47,404 nt of DNA from Octopus bimaculoides (lineage: Eukaryota), in assembly GCF_001194135.2 (NCBI RefSeq), contig NC_068982.1:186466214-186513617 (forward strand), read 5' to 3'. Position 1 is the stretch's first letter. Each line of letters opens with the position of its first letter. The position numbers were made by a program, and so were the translations under genes. A model generated the notes under the pieces. That model worked only from the letters and a program-made list of their open reading frames with translations, searched no databases and had not been told where the DNA came from. This document shows, one piece after another, positions 22,054 through 33,917 of this stretch.

Positions 22054-22304
22054 TGAAAAAATGTTAATAAAATTTAGGTAAAAATACTAACATATTTATT
22101 CATTGTAAATATGCAAATGAGAAATTTGTTTTATCTAATTTTATTTTAAATTAATAATATTTTAGCTTTGAACATTAGTATTCATTATTTCATCATGATA
22201 AGCATCAAGAAATTTTTAAAAAGTTAATTTATAATAATTCTTTGTATGCCATACTTTCTAATATCACCCATTGTTCCAAATGTATATTTCCAAAGTTAAG
22301 CACC

Positions 22305-22802
22305 AGCCAATCATGGTCGATGCCAGTGCCCCCGACTGGCACCCGTGCTGGTGGCACATAAAAAACACCATCCGAACGTGGTCGATGCCAATACCCCCTA
22401 CTGGCTCCTGTGTCAGTGGCACATAAAAAGCATTATCTGATCGTAGTTGATGCGGGTTCCCCCTGACTGGCTCCCGTACTGGTGGCACGTAAAAAGCACC
22501 ATCCAAACATGGTCGATGCCGGTATCCCCAGACTGGCTTCCATGCTGGTGGCACGTAAAAAGCATCATCCGAACGTGGTTGATGCCAGTGCCCCCCTGAC
22601 TAGCTCCCGTACCGGTGACACGTAAAAAGCACCCACTACACTCTCGGTGTGGTTGTCGTTAGGAAGGGCATCCAGCTGTAGAAACATTGCATTGCTAGAT
22701 CAGACTGGAACCTGGTGCAGCCCATTGGTCTGCCAGTCCTCATTCAAACCGTCCAACCCATGCTAGCCTAGAAAGCGGAGGTTAAACGATGATGATGATG
22801 AT
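22305..22802 (+). mobile_element. Family B module with five 65-66-bp tandem units
   Basis: GATGCC/GATGCG anchors at 22319, 22384, 22449, 22515 and 22581, then the standard B core and (GAT)n tail. Confidence 0.85.
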
Positions 22803-23164
22803 ACACACACACACACATAAATGTATGTAGTGTTTTAAATAGAACCAAGTTGCTCCCCTAATTAGAATATTCTTTTAAATAACTATTTTCATTTATCACG
22901 TGTTTAGTTCTTTATTTGATTTGTGCATTCCCCAGTCGTTTAATTAGGTAGATTCAAAAATAATATTACACACACTATATATTAAGCACGTGATATTTTT
23001 ACCGTACACTGTTATTACACACACACTAACATAGACATACACATATCGTGCGTGTGATACTTGTACCATGCACCGTTTGTTAGTTTTGGCACCATATCTT
23101 GAATCTCATCTTCTATACATTTCTCATTCCTATTTCTGTTTCCAGTTTCTTCTGTCTTTGACAG

Positions 23165-23226
<62 letters not shown>

Positions 23227-23518
23227 CTTCTTCTTTCTTCCGGGTAATGTCTCGGTTATTTCGGTTGAAATAAGATGTGTTAAGAGTGCAAAAGTTTTTT
23301 TTTTACGTGTTCTTTTTTTTTCGTTTTCTTTTCTGTTTTTTGATTTCTTTGTCAGGGGGGTTGATTATATCCCAAGGCAGCATTGTGCTTCCCAACCGGA
23401 ATTCCCTGAAACCCTAGAGGTTCAACAAAAAATAACAATAAATGGACATATTATATGCAAATGTATTTTTTTAGTCATTTTTGTTGTTGTTTAATTCTGT
23501 ATTTGTAATTAAATTAAG

Positions 23519-23952
23519 ACGTGGATATGCCGTAAAGAAGCTTGCTTTGCACCCACGTGGTTTTGGGTTCAGTCCCACTGTGTGGAACTTGAGCAAGTGT
23601 CTTTTACTATAGCTCTCGGGGTGACCAATGCTTTGTGAGTGAATATGGTTGATGGAAACTGTGGGGAAGCCCGTCAGTACCACCTGACTGACTCCAGTGC
23701 CGGTGGCACACAAAAAGTACCATTCGAGGGTGGTTGATGTCAGTGTCATCTGACTGGCTCCTGTTCCGGTGACATGTAAAAAGCATCCACTACACTCTTG
23801 GAGTGGTTGGCGTTAGGAAGGGCATCCAGCTGTAGAAACCTTGTCAAATCAGATTGGAGCCTGGTGCAGCCTTCTGGCTTGCTAGTCCTCAGTCAAACCG
23901 TCCAACCCATACCAGCATGGTAAGCAGACGTTAAACGATGATGATGATGATA
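23519..23952 (+). mobile_element. Composite SINE: A head and core joined to a B tail
   Basis: A head through GGAAACTGTGGGGAAGCCCGTC (~23675), then directly B units, core and (GAT)n. Confidence 0.8.
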
Positions 23953-24484
23953 ATATAGTGTGTGTGTGTGTCTTTGTGTTTGTCCCTCCACTGCTTGCAA
24001 ACAACCGTAACTTAGCGGTTCGGTAAAAGGAGACTGACAGAATAAGTATCATATAGCATTTCAAAGTGAACAAACCTTTTTATATGAAAGCGAACGTCAA
24101 TTCTTCCTCCTCCTCTCTTCCTTTCTCTCTTTCTCCTCCCACTTATATATCTCTCTCTCTCTTTTTCTCTCTCTCACACACACACGTACACATACACCTA
24201 ATTAGAAAATACAGCCTAAATTTCACGTGACTCGCCTCAAAGCAAAGGAAAGAAGAGATATAATCGATGGAATCGATTAGGTTATTGATTAGCTTTATAG
24301 ATTGACAGACATCAGAGGTATGTAAATGACATAGAGGTAAGTAGGCATTATGTAGATCGATACCAGGTGGTGTATAGATGACAAGGTGAATGCTGGCGAG
24401 ATTTGAACTCCGGATGCAATATATTCCTTTACATACATTTATTGTAATTGAATATATCGATTTGTTACATTCAGTGTATCGTGG

Positions 24485-24864
24485 TACTCCGTCGGTCGCG
24501 ACGACGGGGGTTCCAATCGATCCGATCAACGGAACAGCCTGCTCGTGAAATTAACGTACAAGTGGCTGAGCACTCCACAGACACGTGTACCCTTAACGTA
24601 GTTCTCGGGGAGATTCAGCGTGAGACAGAATGTGACAAGATTGGCCCCTTTGAAATACAGGTACGACAGAAACAGGAAGAAAGACTGAGAGAAAGTTGTG
24701 GTGAAAGAGCACAGCAGGGTTCACCCCCCCCCCCCTGCCGGAGCCTCGTGGAACTTTGGGTGTTTTCGCTCAATAAACGCTTACAACACCCGGTCTGGGA
24801 ATCGAAACTGCGATCCTATGACCGTGAGTCCGCTGCCCTAACTACCGGGCCATTGCGCCTCCAC
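24485..24864 (-). mobile_element. Composite SINE: D head (24864-24667) joined to C tail (24664-24485)
   Basis: D head GTGGAGGCGCAATGGCCC…GTTTCGATTCC matches 42329-42155; downstream part matches the C tail of 2745-2903. Confidence 0.8.
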
Positions 24865-24908
24865 TATTCAGTGTATACCACACACACACATACATGTATG
24901 TATGTATG

Positions 24909-24946
<38 letters not shown>

Positions 24947-25052
24947 CGTGTGTGTGGATTGTCTTTGTATGTCAATCTTGTATCTAGAAACTACGAAACG
25001 TGCCTCCACCCTCACCCACAAAACCACATATATCATTATTCGTCATCTAGAT

Positions 25053-25207
25053 GCAGGCGTGGCGGCATGGTAATAAGTCTGCTTCCCAACCACATGGTTT
25101 TGGGTTCAGTCCCACTGCGTGGTACCTTAGGCACGTGTCTTCTACTATAGCCTCGACCCGAGGATACAGTAGAAGGATTTGATAGACGGAAACTGAAAGA
25201 AGCCAGT
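25053..25207 (+). mobile_element. SINE family A head, ending in (TA)n and a gap
   Basis: A consensus match. Confidence 0.85.
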
Positions 25208-25252
<45 letters not shown>

Positions 25253-25968
25253 NNNNNNNNNNNNNNNNNNNNNNNNNNNNNNNNNNNNNNNNNNNNNNNN
25301 NNNNNNNNNNNNNNNNNNNNNNNNNNNNNNNNNNNNNNNNNNNNNNNNNNNNNNNNNNNNNNNNNNNNNNNNNNNNNNNNNNNNNNNNNNNNNNNNNNNN
25401 NNNNNNNNNNNNNNNNNNNNNNNNNNNNNNNNNNNNNNNNNNNNNNNNNNNNNNNNNNNNNNNNNNNNNNNNNNNNNNNNNNNNNNNNNNNNNNNNNNNN
25501 NNNNNNNNNNNNNNNNNNNNNNNNNNNNNNNNNNNNNNNNNNNNNNNNNNNNNNNNNNNNNNNNNNNNNNNNNNNNNNNNNNNNNNNNNNNNNNNNNNNN
25601 NNNNNNNNNNNNNNNNNNNNNNNNNNNNNNNNNNNNNNNNNNNNNNNNNNNNNNNNNNNNNNNNNNNNNNNNNNNNNNNNNNNNNNNNNNNNNNNNNNNN
25701 NNNNNNNNNNNNNNNNNNNNNNNNNNNNNNNNNNNNNNNNNNNNNNNNNNNNNNNNNNNNNNNNNNNNNNNNNNNNNNNNNNNNNNNNNNNNNNNNNNNN
25801 NNNNNNNNNNNNNNNNNNNNNNNNNNNNNNNNNNNNNNNNNNNNNNNNNNNNNNNNNNNNNNNNNNNNNNNNNNNNNNNNNNNNNNNNNNNNNNNNNNNN
25901 NNNNNNNNNNNNNNNNNNNNNNNNNNNNNNNNNNNNNNNNNNNNNNNNNNNNNNNNNNNNNNNNNNNN

Positions 25969-26007
<39 letters not shown>

Positions 26008-26020
26008 CCCTACATACACA

Positions 26021-26708
26021 TATGTGGATGGTAGTGCATGGCCGTTCTTAGTTCGTGGAGTGATTCATCCAGTTGATTCCGACAACGAACGAGGTTCCGG
26101 CCTGTTAACTCACACGTCGGTTAGTGCTTTTCCGGTGGCGTATTGCTCCACGTGTTCGTCGTTAGTTCTGCGCATGACCTGAGGTTTCAGCCTCTTCTTA
26201 TTCTATAATCTCTGTTGTAGTGAACACCGTGGTGGTCGATATTGGTCAAGAATGTACTATGGTGGTGACGATGCTAACACGTCTACAGAAGACTGTACGA
26301 GGCGGCTCGATAATAGGGTGTGTGTGTGTGATGCCCTTAGATGTCTGTAGCTGCACATACGCTAAATTATCATCGGAAAACTTTATCTAAACTGGAGGGG
26401 ATTGGAAAATCACTGAACCACCAATTGTGAAAGGGATCAGTATGTACAACGAGGAATTCCCATTAGGCGCACATCACAATCCCCCAACAATCCCCTTCTT
26501 GCCCTCTGTACACAAAAAAACCTGCTTCTACCGATCGAACGATTCGATGAAACGCGTGTTTGCAAGCTATGGCGGTGTTTCGTATCGAGTGGTTCATTCG
26601 GTTCATTGTTGTTTCTAATGGCCGGAAGAAGATGATCGAATCCGATCACTTAGAGGAATTAGAAGTTGTAACACGGTTTTTCTAGGTGAACTCGCGGAAG
26701 GATACTTA
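26021..26708 (+). pseudogene. 18S rRNA: Decayed 18S rRNA fragment, 3' third, rDNA orphon
   Basis: Universal motifs in correct order: GTGCATGGCCGTTCTTAGTT (26034-26053), GTGATGCCCTTAGATGT (26328-26344), AACGAGGAATTCC (26448-26460), GCCCTCTGTACAC, and TAGAGGAA…GTAACA…TAGGTGAAC…GCGGAAGGAT (3' end). Many substitutions at invariant positions. Confidence 0.9.
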
Positions 26709-27758
26709 AAACTCGTGTGTTGCGTCTCCTAAATCTCGTGTGTTGCGGCTGCGGTCGTTGCTGTTTTCTCTCTTTATGAGGTTTTGTAACCATTGTTGTC
26801 GTCTCTCCGATCGAGATCTCGGTTTCTCGACTGATTCGATTTTACAAGAAAAAAAGAAAAACAAGACAAAAGGCCTGATATTTGTCCACGGGCAGAGGCG
26901 TGATGTAGTGTGGCGCTCAAACTATACGGCTTCTCTATTGCACTTGGTTATTGAGAGACAGGCCAGGCCTGTATGTTGTCGTCTGCAGATGCCATACTCG
27001 TTGAAATGAAGGACGGCAAATTGACCTGGCCAGCATGTTGTGGGAACAATCCCATTCAGAGTTGAATGCATTTGAATGCGAGCAGTAACAAAAATAATCT
27101 TTCGGAAGAGATTTGAAAACTTGTGCAATTACCACAGCATACTTGTCTGGCTGGTGATGCGCCGTCGTAGTTTCAATATTTGGCTTTATTCTCTCCTGAG
27201 GAGAAACCATCGGGGATAATCCGCGAGATTGGTCACAGATGGAGCGTCTTAATCATATGTTTACCTGATCAGAACAAAAACAAACTCATCAAGGGTTTTA
27301 TGAGTGATAAATCCTTAGTCAATGATTTACAAGAAAGAAACAAAATTCTGTAGTGACAGAAATAGAATAAGATGATTGTTAAATGTACAACTTTTATTAC
27401 TGCCAAGAATCAAGTTAATTGTGTTAATTACTGCCCAATAATGAATTTCTTAAAAAGAAAATTATCCTTGAACTCCATATTTTAAATTAATCCAGTGGAT
27501 TTATACGATTCCCTTCTTAGTAAATTGATACGCCTCGATATGTATTGATATCTGCGAACTCTGTGACAAGGTTCTCATATGTCTGCTCTCCTTCTTTTCT
27601 TCTTCCTTTCTCTTTACTCTTTATCTTCGTCTTTCTATTTATCTCTCTCGACTCTTTCACTTAGTCTCTCTCTCTCTCTATTTCTCCCCCCCCTCTCTCT
27701 CTCTCTCTTTCTCTCTCTCTACTGAAAGAAAATATATACAAGCATAAATATGTATAAT

Positions 27759-27978
27759 GCGGTGAGCTGGCAGGTTCTTCAGTGCGTCAAACAAAATGCT
27801 TTAGTAGCATTTCTTCCGGCTCTTTACGTTTTAAGTTCAAACCCCACTGAGGTTAGCTTCGTCTTTCATCCCTTCGGGGTCGATAAAATTAAGTACCAGT
27901 TACATTCTGGGGTCGATATAATTGTCTTGTCCTTTCCTCTTAAAAACTGCTGGCTTTGGACCCTACTAGAGGCGATCA
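27759..27978 (+). mobile_element. SINE family F
   Basis: GCGGTGAGCTGGCAG head, AGTTCAAACCCC B-box, CTTTCATCCCTTCGGGGTCGATAA. Confidence 0.8.
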
Positions 27979-28084
27979 TCCCGTCCAGGAAGGAATGTTG
28001 TGATGTCGGTCACTTATTTGCTATGGAAACGGGGTAATCGGCCTTAAGAGTTTTAGGGATTAAGAAAAAATAAAGTATTGAAGT

Positions 28085-28510
28085 AGTAGTGTGGTAAGGA
28101 GTTTGCTTCACAACCACATGGTTCCGGGTTCAGTCCCACTGCGTGGCACCTTGGGCAAGTGTCTTCTACTATAGCCTCAGGCCGACCAAAGACTTGCGAG
28201 TGGATTTAGTAGACGGAAACTGAAAACTGCCCGGTGTATGTATGTATATATATATATATATGTGTATATGTATGTGTATATATATATACGCGTGTGTGTT
28301 TTGCGTCTGTGTTTGTGTCTTACTACCGCTTGAAACCGGTGATGATGTGTTTGCGTCCCCGTACTGTTTGGAAAAAGGGACCGAAAGAACACGCTTAACA
28401 AAAATAAGTACTGAGGTCGATTCGTTCGGCTAAAAATTGAAGGCGGTGCTCCAGCATAGCCGCAGTCTAATGACTGAAACAATTAAAAGATGAAAGATAA
28501 AAAGTAAAAG
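28085..28510 (+). mobile_element. SINE family A, full length with central (TA)/(TG) microsatellite
   Basis: Head, core, microsatellite, tail and (AAAAGAT)n end. Confidence 0.85.
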
Positions 28511-29184
28511 ATATGTAAGTACACTGTTTTTTTAAGGTTGTATAAACTAGTCTAGGACATTTGCCCTCCCCCCACCTCCCCATCCATGGACAATAACCCC
28601 TCGAGGACAATTACACCTGAGGGCAGCAACACTCTGGGTCAAAAATCTTCTAGGACAATTACCCCTAAGCAGTTAACCCCGATGTGTACCGTATTTTCCG
28701 GTGTATAAGCCGCTATTTTTTACCTGGGAAATTTAGTGCAGAAAGGTACGCCTAATTTGTGTGTTTTTTATAAGTTTCAGGAGGAAAATAATTTATGTAT
28801 GGAGATGGAATGATTCCACTGATTATTTTCAGAGGAAAGGTCGGTCGGTGAATAACGTGAAAGACTACGGCTACAGTACATTGGTACCCGAAAGAAAAAA
28901 AGCATATTTGTTTTGTTTTACCTTCATGTTTTGGTAATGTTACTTTTAATCTAATAAAGACTTTTAATTCTTTCTACAAGGAAATTTTACGGGAGGAGAC
29001 TAGTCGATTACATCGACCCCAGTGTTTCATTAGTACTTATTTTACCGGCCCCGAAAGGACGAAAGGCAANNNNNNNNNNAAGACTACGGCTACAGTACAT
29101 TGGTACCCGAAAGAAAAAAAGCATATTTGTTTTGTTTTACCTTCATGTTTTGGTAATGTTACTTTTAATCTAATAAAGACTTTT

Positions 29185-29385
29185 AATTCTTTCTACAAGG
29201 AAATTTTACGGGAGGAGACTAGTCGATTACATCGACCCCAGTGTTTCATTAGTACTTATTTTACCGGCCCCGAAAGGACGAAAGGCAAAGTTGTCCTCGG
29301 CGGAATTTGAACTCAGAACGTAGCGACGGGCGAAATACCGCTAAGCATTTCGTCCAGCGTGCTAACGATTCTGCCAGCTCGCTGC
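29185..29385 (-). mobile_element. SINE family F (partial duplicate at 28966-29069 across the gap)
   Basis: F consensus match. Confidence 0.8.
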
Positions 29386-30951
29386 ATTATAATAACGACT
29401 TTAATATTGACGAAATGGGTTTGTTGTTGATTATAGTAAGATAAAATCATAACAATAACAATACATCTCATGCGTCCCATTCAGGGGGTGAGTGTTGTGA
29501 CCATAGTTATTTATATGCCATCGAAACAGGTGTAAGGTCTGGTCTTATGCGTTCTGGGGCTCAGGACAGATCTAAGCCCTATCTTTCGAACGTCCACTTG
29601 GCCAAACCGCCCCTAACAGAGTCGGGTCTGTTGCAAGCATTCCGGTCCGTGGATAACTTCCTATCATTTGTCACGAAGGCTCTCTGGTACCCTTCCTTTT
29701 CTGAATGAGCCTTAAAAAATAACAAAAACCACCGTAAATAAAATGCGTGATTATAAAAAAAAAACGACATTAAATTCTGTAGAATTTCTAGTTGCTTCGT
29801 GTTTTTTTGATGTTTAGACCGGATGAATGTTCTCTACGTCTAGACTTGGTAGGTCCTTCGAAACCAGTCAGATGTTTTACTTGTTTGATACCATGTGGGC
29901 CCTGAACGAGCAGACTTAAGATCAAAAGCCGGAACTACATTGTGTAATGTATCGTTATTCATTTAAGACAGCAGTGTTTGATTTGAAAACGATTTGGTTG
30001 CTATTTCTAGCAGTTTCAGAGACTGCATGGAGATAACCTCGTTACCGGTGACTGGTGACATTGATACTGTTCATGTTTCGTTTCAACCTCTACGTTGGGA
30101 TCTTAATTTATGTGTTAAATCTTGTCTTGTATTCCGCATGTTCTGGCATCACCATAGGCATCTACTTATATTTCTTCTACCACTCAAAGAATTTGGTAAT
30201 TATCAGGCAGTAATTGTTAATCTTACTCTCAGGTACACTCCATTACTCATGTACCATTTCTTATTAAGTTTTTATTGAAGTTACCTCATTACGACAAACG
30301 AAATTAAGTGTTCTTGGAGCTACAGGCAGATCTATTAAATGTTATTTCTGTTGTTATCTTCGTCGATATCGATTTTGTGACAAACGCTTTTGATATGGTC
30401 GGCACAAATAGGTTCTCCAGTCTCCAACAGAAAATTGGTTTCTCACCAGAACTATGCTACGATGGTGACCACGTGACCTACACGATTGCGTTATGACGTA
30501 GATTCGAGATGTTATCGTGCTTGCTTCCACAACGTCAGTCAAGATGTATTTATTCTTTTTGTTGCTTGTTGCTCTTACCTTCAAATAAATAGAATTAAGA
30601 ATTATTTTTCTGCATAAAAGAATTAACAGAGAAATTTAACTCGGTTAAAAAAGAAACCCCTTTTATATCACTTCATGGCTTGGGAGCCTTTATCAGAATC
30701 CATTTTGTAGCAAGAATAAGGGTCAGTCTCCATTCTAAGATTAACATACTCTCTTCTTACCACAAGTCTCCGAAGTTAAAACAAAAAGTTACGGATACTG
30801 TTCTGCCTCTGACAAAATCCTTTGGTTTGTTACAACAAAGTTAGAATGCATAAAAATGTATCCATTTGTTAACAATTGCAATTCCCACATTATACAGTAT
30901 TTTTTCGAATTTTTGTGCCCCCCCCCCAAAAAAAAATTCCTAGCTCCCCCC

Positions 30952-31103
30952 ACCTTGTTGAATCTCCCTGAGAACCACGTTAAGGATACGCATGTCTGTG
31001 GAGTGCTCGACCACAGACGTTAAATTGTACGTTAAATTCACGAGCAGGCTGTTCCGTTGATCGGGTTAACTGGCGCCCTGATCGTCGTAACCGACGGAGC
31101 GCT
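30952..31103 (+). mobile_element. SINE family C, tail only
   Basis: GAATCTCCCTGAGAAC…CGTAACCGACGGAGC. Confidence 0.8.
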
Positions 31104-32154
31104 AGCTTCATTATTGGAGAAGACCTTCTTTCAGACGATATGTTCACAACTCACTCGATTCATTGAGACTCCGTGATGTTTCGATCTGCTTGTCTCTCTT
31201 CAGTCAAAGCCATTCCTGGATCAATGAACTAAACAAGAATTGTCACATCCTTCTATGTTGGCCACAGCGTTAGACAAAGGTTGCGAAGGTTGAAAGCCAT
31301 CTTAATTGTGGTCATTTGTTCCCTTGCAGTCCATCTTCTCTCACAAGAAACATTGATAAACGCTACTTAAATTCAACACTTAATGGATCAAAACACAGAA
31401 CAAATAAGAATACCATCACATTTTCTTCCTTATTGCTGTATACTATGTATACTTCACTTCTTTTAATGTATACTGTGTATTTTTTTTTATATATACACCA
31501 TGTAAACTCCCACACTTTATGTCTGTCTTTGTATTGCCCCCTCCTCATCCTCCGCCCTGGTGGCAAATAAAAGAAATCTTTATTATTATTATTATTATNN
31601 NNNNNNNNNNNNNNNNNNNNNNNNNNNNNNNNNNNNNNNNNNNNNNNNNNNNNNNNNNNNNNNNNNNNNNNNNNNNNNNNNNNNNNNNNNNNNNNNNNNN
31701 NNNNNNNNNNNNNNNNNNNNNNNNNNNNNNNNNNNNNNNNNNNNNNNNNNNNNNNNNNNNNNNNNNNNNNNNNNNNNNNNNNNNNNNNNNNNNNNNNNNN
31801 NNNNNNNNNNNNNNNNNNNNNNNNNNNNNNNNNNNNNNNNNNNNNNNNNNNNNNNNNNNNNNNNNNNNNNNNNNNNNNNNNNNNNNNNNNNNNNNNNNNN
31901 NNNNNNNNNNNNNNNNNNNNNNNNNNNNNNNNNNNNNNNNGCTACTTAAATTCAACACTTAATGGATCAAAACACAGAACAAATAAGAATACCATCACAT
32001 TTTCTTCCTTATTGCTGTATACTATGTATACTTCACTTCTTTTAATGTATACTGTGTATTTTTTTTTATATATACACCATGTAAACTCCCACACTTTATG
32101 TCTGTCTTTGTATTGCCCCCTCCTCATCCTCCGCCCTGGTGGCAAATAAAAGAA

Positions 32155-32745
32155 ATCTTTATTATTATTATTATTATATTTATTATTATTACGAAAATCA
32201 TCAGTATCATCATCCAGTTACATTTTAACGAAATTATAACCGGAAGTATGGTTAATGATGTCATTCAATATTTGAACAAAGTATCAGCAGGGCGTATTCT
32301 GTTATTCTGACCTATATATATCTTTCCTGTTCATGACCGAGTCAGCCTTGTCAATGAGTATCGTATGCAGGTATTGAATGCCATCTACTATTGAAGTGTT
32401 CTTTTCGTCTATTTCCCTGAGCTGTTCGGACTGGGAGATCCCACAGGATCTTACAGGTCTCCGACTCCGTCACTCTCTGCGGTTTATGCTCATACCACGT
32501 CTTGCCTCTCTCTAGACCCCTCTTTCCGCACAGTTTCCATTGTAGCACTTTCGCTACCTGATCGTGTCTCCACAACTTGTAATAGTCTTGGGCAAGTGTA
32601 GGACATTCGTTCGCGATATGGGCAATAGTTCCCCTCCCCACTCTATGACAGACACGGCACAGTGGAGACACATGCTCTTTCTTAAGGTTGACGCTCCAGT
32701 TTGTGGTCAAAGCTTGGTCTTACGCTTCCAGTTGTGCGCTCAGTC
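32155..32745 (-). mobile_element. R4/Dong-like RLE non-LTR retrotransposon fragment 2 with (TAA)n tail
   Basis: DQAL…CRVC…HIANECPTLAQDYYKLWRHDQVAKVLQWKLC…WYEHKP…KILWD (CCHC knuckle plus RHD motif); internal deletions; (TAA)n at ~32155-32190. Confidence 0.8.
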
Positions 32746-32765
32746 TCCTCCTCCTCCTCCTTCTT

Positions 32766-32793
<28 letters not shown>

Positions 32794-32864
<71 letters not shown>

Positions 32865-33345
32865 GTCGTTGTTGTTATTACATGCTATATTCGTAGTAGG
32901 GATGCTGTCTTAAAGTTTGGTGACAACAAATCTCAAAAATCTTTCTTAGGATTCTTGCAGAATACAGGATGCCAACTTTTCGGCAGGTCGACAGTGCGAG
33001 TCTCAATTCCAGAATCTTCCTGCCTCTTCGGTTGCAGTCTGGGTTTTGTGCCAACTGCACAAATTAGCACAGGAATTGCTGTCTTAATCTTCTACAACCT
33101 CTTCATCTCTCTCGCCAGGTCCTGATATTTCTCAATTTTGTCAATTTCTTTGCTATCCACTTCATTATGGTATTGCAAAATCTATGTTCTTACACTGTTT
33201 CTTTTGTCCTTTATAATCATATCTGATCTTCTTGCTTCAGTAAAATGGTCAGCTTTTATGGAGGAATCCCGTAAAATCCTGTAATTCTTATTCTTAATCG
33301 CAGCCTCTAGTTGGTGCTTGCTTTTGTTCTTATCCGTTTCCATTA
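32794..33345 (-). mobile_element. R4/Dong-like fragment 1: RLE domain, 3'UTR and (TAA)n tail
   Basis: YRILRDSSIKADHFTEARRSDMII (PD-type motif) …KIEKYQDLAREMKRL… SARILRK; (TAA)n at 32794-32864. Confidence 0.8.
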
Positions 33346-33494
33346 TCCTCGTTATTCTTACTTTTATACTTCTTGTCCCGTTTCCATTTATCAGCAACAT
33401 AAAATACATGTTCTTCACACAAAGTAAAAACCTACGTCTTGATAGCTAATCTGATGACGTGTCATTCCGAATAATCGATCGCATCACATCATAT

Positions 33495-33670
33495 TACTCG
33501 TTTACTTGTTTCAGTCATTTGATTGCAGCCATGCTGGAGCACCGCCTTTAGTCGAGCAAATCGACCCCAGAGCTTATTTTTTGTAAGCCTAGTACTTATT
33601 CTATTGGTGTCTTTTACCGAACCGCTAAGTTACAGGGACGTAAACACACCAGCATCGGTTGTCAAGCGAT

Positions 33671-33738
<68 letters not shown>

Positions 33739-33917
33739 AATATACATACATATGCGACGAGCTTCTTCCAGTTTCCGTCTACCAAATCCACTCATAAGGC
33801 TTTGGTTGGCTCGAAGCTATAGTAGAAGACACTTGCCCAAGGTGCCACGCTGTGGGACTGAACCCGGGACCATGTGGTTGGTAAGCAAGCTACTTACCAC
33901 ACAGCCACTCCTGCGCC
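33495..33917 (-). mobile_element. SINE family A, full length, low divergence, central (CA)n
   Basis: Best-preserved A copy in the window. Confidence 0.9.

Noticed and set aside
22305-22640. CRISPR-like appearance of the 65-bp array
   Set aside because: Whole units are homologous with no unique spacers, there are no cas genes, and the array sits inside a eukaryotic retroposon tail.
26985-27090. Possible 5.8S rRNA remnant after the 18S fragment
   Set aside because: Only a few short words (ATGAAGGACG, TTGAATGC) resemble 5.8S; not alignable by eye.
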